The notes under the pieces: generated by a model
What the model saw: the letters and a program-made list of their open reading frames with translations, nothing else
The model's database searches: none
Told to the model about the DNA's origin: nothing
Program-made: the position numbers and the translations under genes
Part shown: positions 18,495 to 27,906 of the stretch, piece after piece
How positions within the stretch are numbered: the stretch's first letter is position 1
Layout: the number at the start of each line of letters is the position of its first letter
Source of the DNA: Candidatus Obscuribacteraceae bacterium
GTDB lineage: Bacteria > Cyanobacteriota > Vampirovibrionia > Obscuribacterales > Obscuribacteraceae
DNA: 64,000 nt
Direction: 5' to 3'
Assembly: GCA_044226015.1 (NCBI GenBank)
Contig: JBGAHS010000003.1
Coordinates: forward strand, 640,001 to 704,000

Positions 18495-20354
18495 ATGCGC
18501 ATAGCCTTACAGCCAGGCACTTTGTTTCACCAACGCTACCTCATCAGCAAGCAGCTGGGTGCAGGCGGCATGGGCAGCGTTTATCTGGCTGAGCAAGTCG
18601 ACGCAAAAAGAAAAGTGGCCCTCAAGATTCTCCACTCTGATGACTCAAGCGACGAAAAAATAGACCGCTTTTTGCGGGAGTTTCAGGTTTTGTCCAAACT
18701 CCAACACATAAACGTAGTCACCTTCTATTCGGCTGCGATTACTCCGGAAGGCACAAAATATGCGGTAACCGAGTACATCACAGGCAAGAGCCTTCAAACA
18801 GTGCTGCAAGAAGAGGGTCGCCTGAGCTGGGCGCGTGTATGCAATATTGGTTCACAAATTTGCGATGCCATTGAATACGCAAATGCGCAAGGCATTGTCC
18901 ATCGAGACCTGAAGCCAGCCAACATTATGCTGGTTAATCACCCAGCCCCAGACACAGTCAAAGTAATTGATTTCGGGCTTGCCAAAATCACTTCCGGCGA
19001 CCTTATGAAAACGCTCACCCAGACTGGCGAAATCATAGGCAGCCCCCACTACATGAGCCCTGAGCAAATTCTAGGGCACAATGTTGATGAACGCTCAGAT
19101 CTTTATTCGTTAGCTTGTATCATCATCGAATGCCTTTCTGGACGAAAAATATTCGACAGCGACCAGGCACTGAGCATCATCAGAAGCCACATTCATGATG
19201 ATGCACGCAAATTCTTAGAACACCAGTTCGACAAAAATGATAAGGCGCTGATTTCCTCGCTTGCCCGCGCCTTAGCCAAAGAGCCGGAGAAACGCCACAA
19301 AACAGCATCCGAATTCAAAAATGAACTGATTGCTATCTGCGCCCAGCACGAATCATCAACACTTGCCTCTGTAGGTTCCGCAAACACCACAGGTAAATGG
19401 GGCGTTTTCCTGCTCATTCCCATTTTGCTTCTTGCAGGAATCTATGGCAGTTCTTTGATGCAAAAGCAAAACAAAGTGCCCGCCATAAAGACAAGCCCAA
19501 GCAATAGTTTCGAAACCATCGTTGCGAAGTTATATAGGGATTCTTATCGGCTGGAAGAACATCTGAAGAAGGAAAAAAATCACGAAAGGCAACTTGAGCT
19601 GTTCGAGGAATATCGAATGAAGGTGCGCAAATTGAATGAATTCCTCCATGACGTTAAAGGAAGAGAACTAGAAGAAGTTGAGAACTGCAAACGATTGCTC
19701 AATTTCAGTGAGATTGCATCGGATGAGCCACGAATTTTCAGGCTTGAAACATATCACACTATCGTCGGCCGATATATCACCATGAATGACTATGATTCAG
19801 CACTCATCTATCTTGAAAAAGAACGAAGAATTCTTGATGAAGTCACGGAAGAACTGCCTTCCGTTAGAGCCCGCCTTTACAGCACGTTCGTTTCAGTTTA
19901 TGGAATAAAACATCGATTTGATGATTGCTTGAAGTATTTACCGAAAGCTTTTGCCGAATACAGAAAATCCAACAAAGAAACCTTTCTTGCTTCAGACCAG
20001 GGAAGGGCTGTGCAATTTCTTGAGGGCCGCCCTATGTTCAAGGTTGCACCTAACAAATCATTCAATTCAAACGTCTTGTACGAAGTCTATGAAACTCTGG
20101 CTGAAATCACGCCAGCTGACTCCAACGAAGCTGCAAAGCTGGGGGAAATTTTCAGCCAGCTAGCCGCTTTCTTCATGGAACAGCACGATTTAAAGATAGC
20201 TGCAGAAATATTGAAAAATGAGGAATTGTTTCTCTCTAAGCAAAGTTCAAGCTCAGAAATCGAAGCAGAGAAGAAAAACTGCGCAAGACTCCTGAAAAAA
20301 CTGAAACAAACCAATAAGACAGTCTCTGCAGGCGCGCCTGATTCGGAAAACTAA
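18495..20354 (+). CDS. Hanks-type Ser/Thr protein kinase with a TM helix and helical C-terminal domain
   Basis: GAGGMG, VALK, HRDLKPAN, DFG, GSPHYMSPEQ; TM segment WGVFLLIPILLLAGIYG. Confidence 0.95.
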   Translation: MRIALQPGTLFHQRYLISKQLGAGGMGSVYLAEQVDAKRKVALKILHSDDSSDEKIDRFLREFQVLSKLQHINVVTFYSAAITPEGTKYAVTEYITGKSLQTVLQEEGRLSWARVCNIGSQICDAIEYANAQGIVHRDLKPANIMLVNHPAPDTVKVIDFGLAKITSGDLMKTLTQTGEIIGSPHYMSPEQILGHNVDERSDLYSLACIIIECLSGRKIFDSDQALSIIRSHIHDDARKFLEHQFDKNDKALISSLARALAKEPEKRHKTASEFKNELIAICAQHESSTLASVGSANTTGKWGVFLLIPILLLAGIYGSSLMQKQNKVPAIKTSPSNSFETIVAKLYRDSYRLEEHLKKEKNHERQLELFEEYRMKVRKLNEFLHDVKGRELEEVENCKRLLNFSEIASDEPRIFRLETYHTIVGRYITMNDYDSALIYLEKERRILDEVTEELPSVRARLYSTFVSVYGIKHRFDDCLKYLPKAFAEYRKSNKETFLASDQGRAVQFLEGRPMFKVAPNKSFNSNVLYEVYETLAEITPADSNEAAKLGEIFSQLAAFFMEQHDLKIAAEILKNEELFLSKQSSSSEIEAEKKNCARLLKKLKQTNKTVSAGAPDSEN

Positions 20355-20490
20355 ACCTAGCGCAGCATTATTGATAGCTCATAGCTCATTTGAACTGTGA
20401 TATAGTCTGCAATCGATTCAAACTACGAATCGAAGCAGCCACTGCAAGTCTAAGCTTGCAAACTATCAGGTAGGTAGGACCATCAGGACC

Positions 20491-21246
20491 ATGCAAGAAC
20501 TCGAAGCCAAAGCTGTAATTCTCGATATTGAAGGAACTTGTTCAGCCAAATCATACTTAAACGATGTGCTCTTTCCTTTCGCCAAAGAAAACGCTCGTTC
20601 TTATCTGGAACGCTGTTGGGACGAGCAGAATACACTTGAAGCATGCGATCAAATAGCAAGAGAAACAGGCAGAGCTAGCAGCTACGATTGGCTTTGTGGA
20701 TTTGAAAAACGAAGTGATCAAATTGACGCGGTTATGACTGAAGTGATCAAGCTAATGGAGGCGAATTCAAACTCCAGAGGACTGAAAGAACTCCAGGGCT
20801 TCATCTGGGCCGAAGCTTATTCTAGTGGACTTCTATGCTCGCAAGTATTCATTGACGTGCCTCAAGCGCTTGCTTGCTGGCGTGCAGGCAAAGTCACCAT
20901 GGCTATTTACGATGCAGCTATTTCGACTGCGCAAAGAGTCTTCTTCAAACATACGGAATTTGGCGACCTCTCCGATTACTTCGCCGGATTCTTTGACACT
21001 AGCAGCGGTGCAAAGTTAGAGCCTGAAAGTTATAAGAGAATCTCAAGACTGCTTGGACAAGAGCCGGCAGAAATAGTCTACTTCAGTGATTGCGAGAAAG
21101 AACTCGATGTAGCCAAAAATGCGGGACTGCAAACAGTCATGGTGGCGCGCCCGGAGAATAGTCAAACACAGACTCAAAAACATATTTCCATACCAAGTTT
21201 TTACGATGTGCGCATCGTAGAATCACTGGCCTCAGACCCTGTATAG
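20491..21246 (+). CDS. mtnC: Enolase-phosphatase E1 (acireductone synthase)-like HAD hydrolase
   Basis: ILDIEGT, LFPFA, LKELQGFIW, FFDT..GAK, FSD..KELD. Confidence 0.88.
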   Translation: MQELEAKAVILDIEGTCSAKSYLNDVLFPFAKENARSYLERCWDEQNTLEACDQIARETGRASSYDWLCGFEKRSDQIDAVMTEVIKLMEANSNSRGLKELQGFIWAEAYSSGLLCSQVFIDVPQALACWRAGKVTMAIYDAAISTAQRVFFKHTEFGDLSDYFAGFFDTSSGAKLEPESYKRISRLLGQEPAEIVYFSDCEKELDVAKNAGLQTVMVARPENSQTQTQKHISIPSFYDVRIVESLASDPV

Positions 21247-21627
21247 CTTACATAGCTTTACTAAAGCGCGACTATTTGAAAACATATTAAGCGGCCCAGA
21301 CAGAGTTCTTTTGGGCCGTTTTCAGTACAAAAAAAACTTGTGTCAGCTGCGTCAGGTCAGCTTCAGTTCAGCAAATGGGTTATTTTGCGAAGAGTCTATA
21401 AACAGGAACAAAATGGGCGCTTGACATTACCCAGTACAAAACCCTAGAACCAAATTATCTTTCGTCTTCACCAACTCCTCGGTGCTCTGGTTTCTAGTTA
21501 TCCATTCACACTTTCCAAACTCGTCGCTCGGCATTTCTGTGTCACGAACATACTCGTGGACGCCGACTTGCACACAAACAAGTGTGCAACTTTGCGTGCG
21601 CCGCACGCGTTTTTGGAAAGGGAAACC

Positions 21628-22272
21628 ATGACGAATACGGCACAATCGGCAGCAGCTTTCGATCAATACAAGATCTACGTGGCAGGAGCTGCTGTCACCC
21701 TTTTGCTTGTAGGTTCTCTGAGCGGCATGTGGCTGTCTCTCAACCATTTGGCTGAGAGCATCAGTGCCTTCACTGGGTCTACACCGGGAAATTCCTGGTT
21801 CATGGCTGTAACAATCGACGTTATGCTCCTTGGCGCGGAGCTGGCTATGATTGTCGAAAGCGATGAGCCATGGCATGTCTGGATCATTCCAGGCGGACTT
21901 TTCATGCTCTGCGGCGCCATGTCCGTAGGGTTGAACGTTTGGGCGTTTGTTGAGCACGCTCCCAGTGCGAAACAATTCGCTATGGAATTTGCAATTGCAC
22001 TCGGTATTGTCCTCCCTCTGGCCATCGTGCTTGCATGCTTGTCGTGCAGCAAGGTTCTCCAGAAAGCAGTACCGTTGTACATCCTGTCGCGCCAGTCTCC
22101 CCAGACTCGGCAGGACGCAGATTCCGTTGCGGATGTAGCAACGCCCAATTCGGATGACCAGAATCCGTCTCGTGGTAAGCACTACCTCCGGAACAAGGCA
22201 CGCAGGGAGCGGGCCCGCATCCGGAAGATGAGCTTCAACGAGCCGGCCGATCAGGTCGCCAAGGCCGCCTAG
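21628..22272 (+). CDS. 4-TM membrane protein, DUF2637-like
   Basis: S..HL, W..AVTID and SVGLNV pattern; basic C-terminal tail. Confidence 0.55.
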   Translation: MTNTAQSAAAFDQYKIYVAGAAVTLLLVGSLSGMWLSLNHLAESISAFTGSTPGNSWFMAVTIDVMLLGAELAMIVESDEPWHVWIIPGGLFMLCGAMSVGLNVWAFVEHAPSAKQFAMEFAIALGIVLPLAIVLACLSCSKVLQKAVPLYILSRQSPQTRQDADSVADVATPNSDDQNPSRGKHYLRNKARRERARIRKMSFNEPADQVAKAA

Positions 22273-22547
22273 AACCCCAGAAGGGGGAGGAGTGCTGGTT
22301 AACCCCAGCATTTCTCTTTTCGCCTAAATTCTACTATTTGTTATAGCATACCGGATCATTTTTATAAGCTTCCTAATCCATAATCTTGTTCGGTCAGCGC
22401 TGCCTCCTCTACAGAGAGCGAGCCAGAGGCCCGCTCTCCAAGATTTTTTCACAGCAGCTGGTTTTACCAGCCGCGCGGCCGACCACCTTGCAGTGCCCAC
22501 CCGAAAAGCATCAGACAAACAACGGCGACGACCAGGAGCTTGTAATC

Positions 22548-22745
22548 ATGAAGGATCTCAACTCGACCGTGAAGCGGAGCTTAGTCAAAGCTGGCGCCAC
22601 CGCCACCACCACCGGTGTCAACGCACGAGGCAGCAGCACTCGTGAAAGAATTGTCGCTCGTCAGTCCAGAATTGGGGGAACAAGCCCCTTCGGAGGAATT
22701 CCTGTTGTTTGCAATTTCTGCGACTGTACTGAAACGATACGCTAA
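22548..22745 (+). CDS. 65-aa peptide with a C-terminal CxxCxC motif
   Basis: CAGGAG RBS before MKDLNS; ends GGIPVVCNFCDCTETIR. Confidence 0.5.
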   Translation: MKDLNSTVKRSLVKAGATATTTGVNARGSSTRERIVARQSRIGGTSPFGGIPVVCNFCDCTETIR

Positions 22746-22929
22746 GCTGCTATGAATAAGAGAGCCGACCGCACAATCGCAGTTCCAGAAGCTGCGATTA
22801 TTGGCTCTTCGCACTGTGTTATGACGCAAAAACGAACTACAAAATTCGTCATCCAAGTACTAAACTTTGCAATCTCGTACCAAAGACGTTGGCAAAAGTT
22901 ATAATGTCCAAGCATTTTGGAGAAATGAA

Positions 22930-23571
22930 ATGAAAAGCAAATCAATCTTATTTTCGGCACTGCTTACACTCACCTTGAGTCATGAATGCCTGGCAGTCAC
23001 AGGGTCTGGAAAAGCCGGAAAAGAAGATCGAAAAGTTCCAGCATTTCACGGCATTTGCATAATGCTGCCTGCCCAACTTGAAGCGAAGCAGGGAGCTCCT
23101 GGTCCTCTTACAATCGAAGCGGATGACAACATTCTTCCCTACATCAAAACAGAGGTGAAGGATGGAATACTGTACATAGACTCAAAAGAGAGTCTGCAGA
23201 CTCGCTCTAAGATGTCCTTCAAAGTCAGTTCCAGCAAGCTCGATCAATTACAAAGCAAAGGTACATGCACGGCTAAAGTCAGTGACTTGAAAGGTGCGGA
23301 ATTTAAAGCTTCTTCTAGCGGCACCGCATCCATGAGCATATCTGGAGAGGTCGGCAAGTTCATTTCACAGATTGACGGCACCGGAACAGTGGACTCAAGT
23401 AAGCTTAAAGCGAAAGCTGTAGTAATTGATATCAAAGGCACTGGAACTGCAAAGGTTGATGCCAGCGAGTCTCTCGATGCCACAATCAAAGGAACTGGAA
23501 CAGTAAAATACTCGGGCAACCCCAAAGTGAAGCAGAGCATTTTTGGGCTTGGTAACGTTTCAAAAATCTGA
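22930..23571 (+). CDS. Secreted GIN-domain (DUF2807) beta-repeat protein
   Basis: Signal peptide, GSGK start, EADDNILPYI, repeated GTG..., ends YSGNP. Confidence 0.9.
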   Translation: MKSKSILFSALLTLTLSHECLAVTGSGKAGKEDRKVPAFHGICIMLPAQLEAKQGAPGPLTIEADDNILPYIKTEVKDGILYIDSKESLQTRSKMSFKVSSSKLDQLQSKGTCTAKVSDLKGAEFKASSSGTASMSISGEVGKFISQIDGTGTVDSSKLKAKAVVIDIKGTGTAKVDASESLDATIKGTGTVKYSGNPKVKQSIFGLGNVSKI

Positions 23572-23917
23572 GCGTTCTCTCGAAACGAGAAGGTAGCAAG
23601 CAGAACCGTTCACGATCAAACTTGCTACCTTCGAAGCTGCTACGGAATCGTAGTGGCATCATGATTTCATAATCACCTTGTGGTGCCGTCTCTCATAAGG
23701 CGGCAGAGATTGATGCATCTCGATCTTCTTCCCATTCAAAGTCCTTATTTTCGAATTCAATTCAGTACAAATGAGACCCATCACATAAACGACATTTGAT
23801 GGATCAATCTTTTACATCCGCAAAACCTTGTGCTGCAATAGTTTGCTCCAAGATGTACGGATGCAAAGGATTCAGGACTTGACTGCGTGCTATCATCGAA
23901 CGCCTCTGGAATAGGAA

Positions 23918-25399
23918 GTGCTGATGCTATTTAACAGCTTCACTTACCTCGTTTTCTTACCAATAGTGGTTGCCCTTTATTGGGTCCTTCCACCTTTGGC
24001 TAGACGAGTTCTTTTACTGGTAGCAAGCTATTTGTTCTACATGAATTGGATGCCGACTTATGGGCTCTTGATTCTCGGGCTAACAATAGTCAACTTCTAC
24101 TTCGGCATATTTCTCGACAAATACCATCACGCAAAGAAGCCCATTCTTACAGCCGCTCTGGTATTCAATCTGGGCTGTCTCTGCTTCTTCAAGTATGCTG
24201 ATTTCCTCCTCAAGTCTCTATGGAATGCACTACATTTCGGCTCATCAGCAATGGGAATGGAGAACGCGCTGCTTGCAAAATGCCCCGAACTGCACATCTT
24301 ACTTCCGCTAGGAATCTCTTTTTTCACTTTTGAATTCATCCACTATCTAGTGGACATTTACCGTGGTGCAAAACCTATGAAGAACTTCGCATGGTTTGCA
24401 CTTTTTGCGGCTTTCTTTCCATCACAAATTGCTGGTCCAATCAAACGTTATCAGGATTTCGATGAACAGCTTCATGCAAATCATAAGTTCGACCCCAACA
24501 TGTTTCGTGAAGGCTTGGGGCTGATTTTCATTGGCTTGTTCAAGAAAATGGCGCTAGGAGACAATCTCGGACATGTAGTCGCAGTAGGATTCAACAACCC
24601 TGCTGCTATGGGAACACTTGACGCCTGGCTGGCAGCAATCGGATTCACAATCCAAATTTACGTTGACTTCTCTGGATACACCGACATAGGACGGGGCTCG
24701 GCGCAGCTTCTCGGTTACAAACTACCGAGCAATTTCAACTGGCCATTTCTAGCGGCAAATCTGACAGAGTTCTGGCGCCGCTGGCATATCTCGCTGTCCA
24801 CATGGTTGCGTGATTATCTCTTCATTCCCATGGGTGGATCGCGCGTTCCTAACTGGAAATTGAAACGCAATCTATTTATCACAATGGCACTAGGTGGGCT
24901 CTGGCACGGAGCCGACTGGAATTATGTGATCTGGGGAATCTTCCACGGCACTGGGCTCGTACTTTCAAAAGACTGGAGTGATTTTGTAGATCGCACACCA
25001 GCTCTAAAGAATCTTCGCCCGACGCCATTCTGGCACTGGAGTGGAGTCGCATTCACATTCACATTTTTGATTTTTGCTTGTGTTCTGTTCAGAGCATCAG
25101 ATGTACCCCAGGCATTGCACGTAGCAAGCCGCATGTTCAACCTGGCGCCTTCCTATGAAGTCATCCACGCGTTTTTCACCTCAACGCTTCCATATTCTCT
25201 ATTTGCTTACTGCGCATTTTTGACATTCGAAAAATTGAGCAAGATGGCAGAGGCAAAACCAGTTCCAGTTCTGACAGAACTAGTATCTTTCTGGAACAAT
25301 TCCTTCCCCACAAGACTTGCCAGCTACGCAACTCTTGCAGTGATGATAATGGGTCTTGCACCAGAAGAAGTTGCTCCTTTCATCTACTTCCAGTTTTAG
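23918..25399 (+). CDS. MBOAT family O-acyltransferase (AlgI/DltB-like)
   Basis: MLFNS, PLGISFFTF, DFSGYTDI, EFWRRWHISLS, GLWHGA, terminal FIYFQF. Confidence 0.96.
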   Translation: MLMLFNSFTYLVFLPIVVALYWVLPPLARRVLLLVASYLFYMNWMPTYGLLILGLTIVNFYFGIFLDKYHHAKKPILTAALVFNLGCLCFFKYADFLLKSLWNALHFGSSAMGMENALLAKCPELHILLPLGISFFTFEFIHYLVDIYRGAKPMKNFAWFALFAAFFPSQIAGPIKRYQDFDEQLHANHKFDPNMFREGLGLIFIGLFKKMALGDNLGHVVAVGFNNPAAMGTLDAWLAAIGFTIQIYVDFSGYTDIGRGSAQLLGYKLPSNFNWPFLAANLTEFWRRWHISLSTWLRDYLFIPMGGSRVPNWKLKRNLFITMALGGLWHGADWNYVIWGIFHGTGLVLSKDWSDFVDRTPALKNLRPTPFWHWSGVAFTFTFLIFACVLFRASDVPQALHVASRMFNLAPSYEVIHAFFTSTLPYSLFAYCAFLTFEKLSKMAEAKPVPVLTELVSFWNNSFPTRLASYATLAVMIMGLAPEEVAPFIYFQF

Positions 25400-25408
25400 G
25401 GCGGGTTT

Positions 25409-25612
25409 ATGACAAACACAGTATTGACCCAAGAAACGAAGCCGCTTCAAGAGCACCCCGAAGCGCCCAAGCCGCACCGCCCATGGTGGCTCTCCACATT
25501 ACAGTTCACTGGAACTCTTTTACTCGGAGTTTGTGTGCTCGAATCCTATTTCAACTTTGCCGGAGTTGGGAACGAAGAGTTTTTGCAAAATGGGATAACA
25601 GGTCTTACGTAG
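25409..25612 (+). pseudogene. Probable truncated N-terminus of the MBOAT partner gene
   Basis: Starts 9 nt after the MBOAT stop, has one TM anchor and ends after 67 aa; AlgI-like genes are normally followed by a membrane-anchored SGNH/AlgJ-type gene. Confidence 0.5.
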
Positions 25613-25746
25613 CTTCGTTAGAAGTGCGCAGGACCTCTCGATTGTCAGTTGTTTCTACAACGAGTGTGCGAGACAGCTCGTTCACACACTCCAACCTGTT
25701 CGCCCGTAAAACGGCTCAACTTCCTTTTATGCAGGAGGTCAATTCT

Positions 25747-27867
25747 ATGTCGGAAAATGAAAAGCTCAGAACTCTGCTGAGCTTGAAGCCGATCAAGGCA
25801 GAGGAACTCAGCTTCGGCGAGTACCTCAGGCGGCTCAAAACAGAGCCCGCCATCGCCGAGACGGCTGCAAGCCTGCTGGTGAGAGCAACTGAAGCTAGTG
25901 GCGAGTTCAACAAAGCTCTTCCCGAGCAACTCCCCTATCTAAGGATGCTCAAACAGTTCGGCATCACCGCCTACAATGCGTTCGCGCATGTACGCGGTTC
26001 CCAACGCACTGTTCACCGCATTCTCAACCACCTTCGCGCTGCTGCTGTCAACGGATATCAGCTGCGCCAGGCACTGATTCTTCGCGGCGGTCCTGGTTCG
26101 GGCAAAAGCTTCCTGGCTGATGCCCTGAAGGATGTGCTCGAAGGACAGCTCATCTACACCGTCGCCGGCTGCCCAGTGCACGAGAACCCGCTCAACTTGC
26201 TTACCTTGCTTCCCGCCGAGACCGTCAAGGCACTGGGCAAAGAGCTGGGCGTCGAGCAAGTCATCGCAGACAATCTGTCTGTCGCAGGTCGTCCTTGCCA
26301 GCACTGCTGGAAACAACTTATGGATGGGAAGGACGAAAATAATCCTCCCAATCTGTTCGATGTACCTATCCAGGTGATGCGCATCTCGTGTCGCGAGTTC
26401 GGCGTGTCCACGTGGACGCCGGCGGCTCCAGGGCAAGGCACCAGATTGAGCAGCGCTCTTGCAAGAGGGTCTCGTGGCATTATCGACATGCCCGAAATCT
26501 TCTCGGTGGCACAACCGGCTCAGGGTCAAGCATCAGAACTGGACGTGCTCCTGGAGGTCACCAACGACCGCCGCATGCCCGCCAGCGCTGACGGCGAGAC
26601 TCAAGGCTATCTGCCATTCGACGGCGTGCTGATCGGACAGACCAACCATGGCGCGTGGGACGCCTTCATCAAGAGCCAGAAGGACCCCAACAAGTTCACG
26701 CGTCGCTTCCATGTAATGGATGTGCCCTACATCCTCTCTGTGACGGAAGAAGAGCTGGCGTACCGTGATTTCATCGGACAGATGAAGGAACGCCCGCACA
26801 TCGACCCCATGGCTCTGAAGATGGCTGCACTGCTGGCTGTCATCTCTCGTATGAAAAAGACTCATGATGTGGACATCGTGAGCCGTGCCCGGATGTACGA
26901 CGGTGAAAACCTCGTCATTACCAAGAAGACCGGCAGCGAATCGAGTCGCGACACCCTTCCGCTCGGCGGCTGGGGCGAAGCGGCATCGACTTCGAAGTCG
27001 CGCGCAAGGCAAGAGAAAGAGTACTTCACTGTGCTCGACCTCTGGCGTGATGCGGGCGAAGACGAAGGCATGTATGGACTGAACATGGCCGACATGCTCT
27101 CCACCGTCAGTCAGGCGATCGACTTCTATATGAAGCGAAAGCCGCAGTTCCTGTCCTCGTTGCGCATGATTAGCTTCCTGCGCGCGAAGGTCATGGAAAT
27201 GTCCAAGAAACCGGGGCTGACCGACAAGGAGAAGGAGGTCATCAGCAACTGCCTCGAGTTCCTCAAACCAGCAACATCGAAGACTGAGAAACCCGGCATC
27301 ATTGAAGAGGAATACCGTCGCATCCTGCGGCGCGAACTCTTCTCGGTGGTGGCACCGGACTTCGACACGCGCGCCGGAGAAATTTTCCAGCGCTACAGGG
27401 AACACGCCAAGCACTTTTCGCAAGGCGCCAAATACTTTATGGATGCAAATGACAGGAGCCATAAAGTCAATGTCGACACCGATTTCCTCGACACTGTTGA
27501 CCGCTGGTGCGGTGTGACAGGCGAAGAGGACAGAGGCAAGGCACGACTGGCACTGGAAGCTGATTTGCTCGACCTGATTCGCGACAATGCTCGCAGGCTC
27601 AAAGCTGGTGACGACAGTGCCAGCGAAAAATTTGAGCTGAGCTGGCAGTCGCTACCGCGTCTTGAGAAGGGCATCCGCGCGATGCTCAACGAAGAGATCG
27701 TGAAGAAGGTCGAGAAGATTCTTCGTCCCGAGTTCGAGTTGAAAGACGACGAACTCAAGCACCGTAAGGAGTCGCTCGAGCGTTTCCGTGCGCTCGGATA
27801 TTCCGAGCAATCGCTCGAAGAGGCTCTCCAATACATCCAGGACTACGAGCTGTGGAAGCTCTCCTGA
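25747..27867 (+). CDS. prkA: PrkA/YeaG family AAA+ ATPase (serine kinase), copy 1
   Basis: Walker A GGPGSGKS, CPVHENPL, SRGIIDMPE, FDGVLIGQTN, VPYILS, DEGMYG; AGGAGG RBS. Confidence 0.9.
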   Translation: MSENEKLRTLLSLKPIKAEELSFGEYLRRLKTEPAIAETAASLLVRATEASGEFNKALPEQLPYLRMLKQFGITAYNAFAHVRGSQRTVHRILNHLRAAAVNGYQLRQALILRGGPGSGKSFLADALKDVLEGQLIYTVAGCPVHENPLNLLTLLPAETVKALGKELGVEQVIADNLSVAGRPCQHCWKQLMDGKDENNPPNLFDVPIQVMRISCREFGVSTWTPAAPGQGTRLSSALARGSRGIIDMPEIFSVAQPAQGQASELDVLLEVTNDRRMPASADGETQGYLPFDGVLIGQTNHGAWDAFIKSQKDPNKFTRRFHVMDVPYILSVTEEELAYRDFIGQMKERPHIDPMALKMAALLAVISRMKKTHDVDIVSRARMYDGENLVITKKTGSESSRDTLPLGGWGEAASTSKSRARQEKEYFTVLDLWRDAGEDEGMYGLNMADMLSTVSQAIDFYMKRKPQFLSSLRMISFLRAKVMEMSKKPGLTDKEKEVISNCLEFLKPATSKTEKPGIIEEEYRRILRRELFSVVAPDFDTRAGEIFQRYREHAKHFSQGAKYFMDANDRSHKVNVDTDFLDTVDRWCGVTGEEDRGKARLALEADLLDLIRDNARRLKAGDDSASEKFELSWQSLPRLEKGIRAMLNEEIVKKVEKILRPEFELKDDELKHRKESLERFRALGYSEQSLEEALQYIQDYELWKLS

Positions 27868-27906
27868 GCCCCAGCCATTCACCTTTAGATTGAGAGGAAT
27901 TAAATC

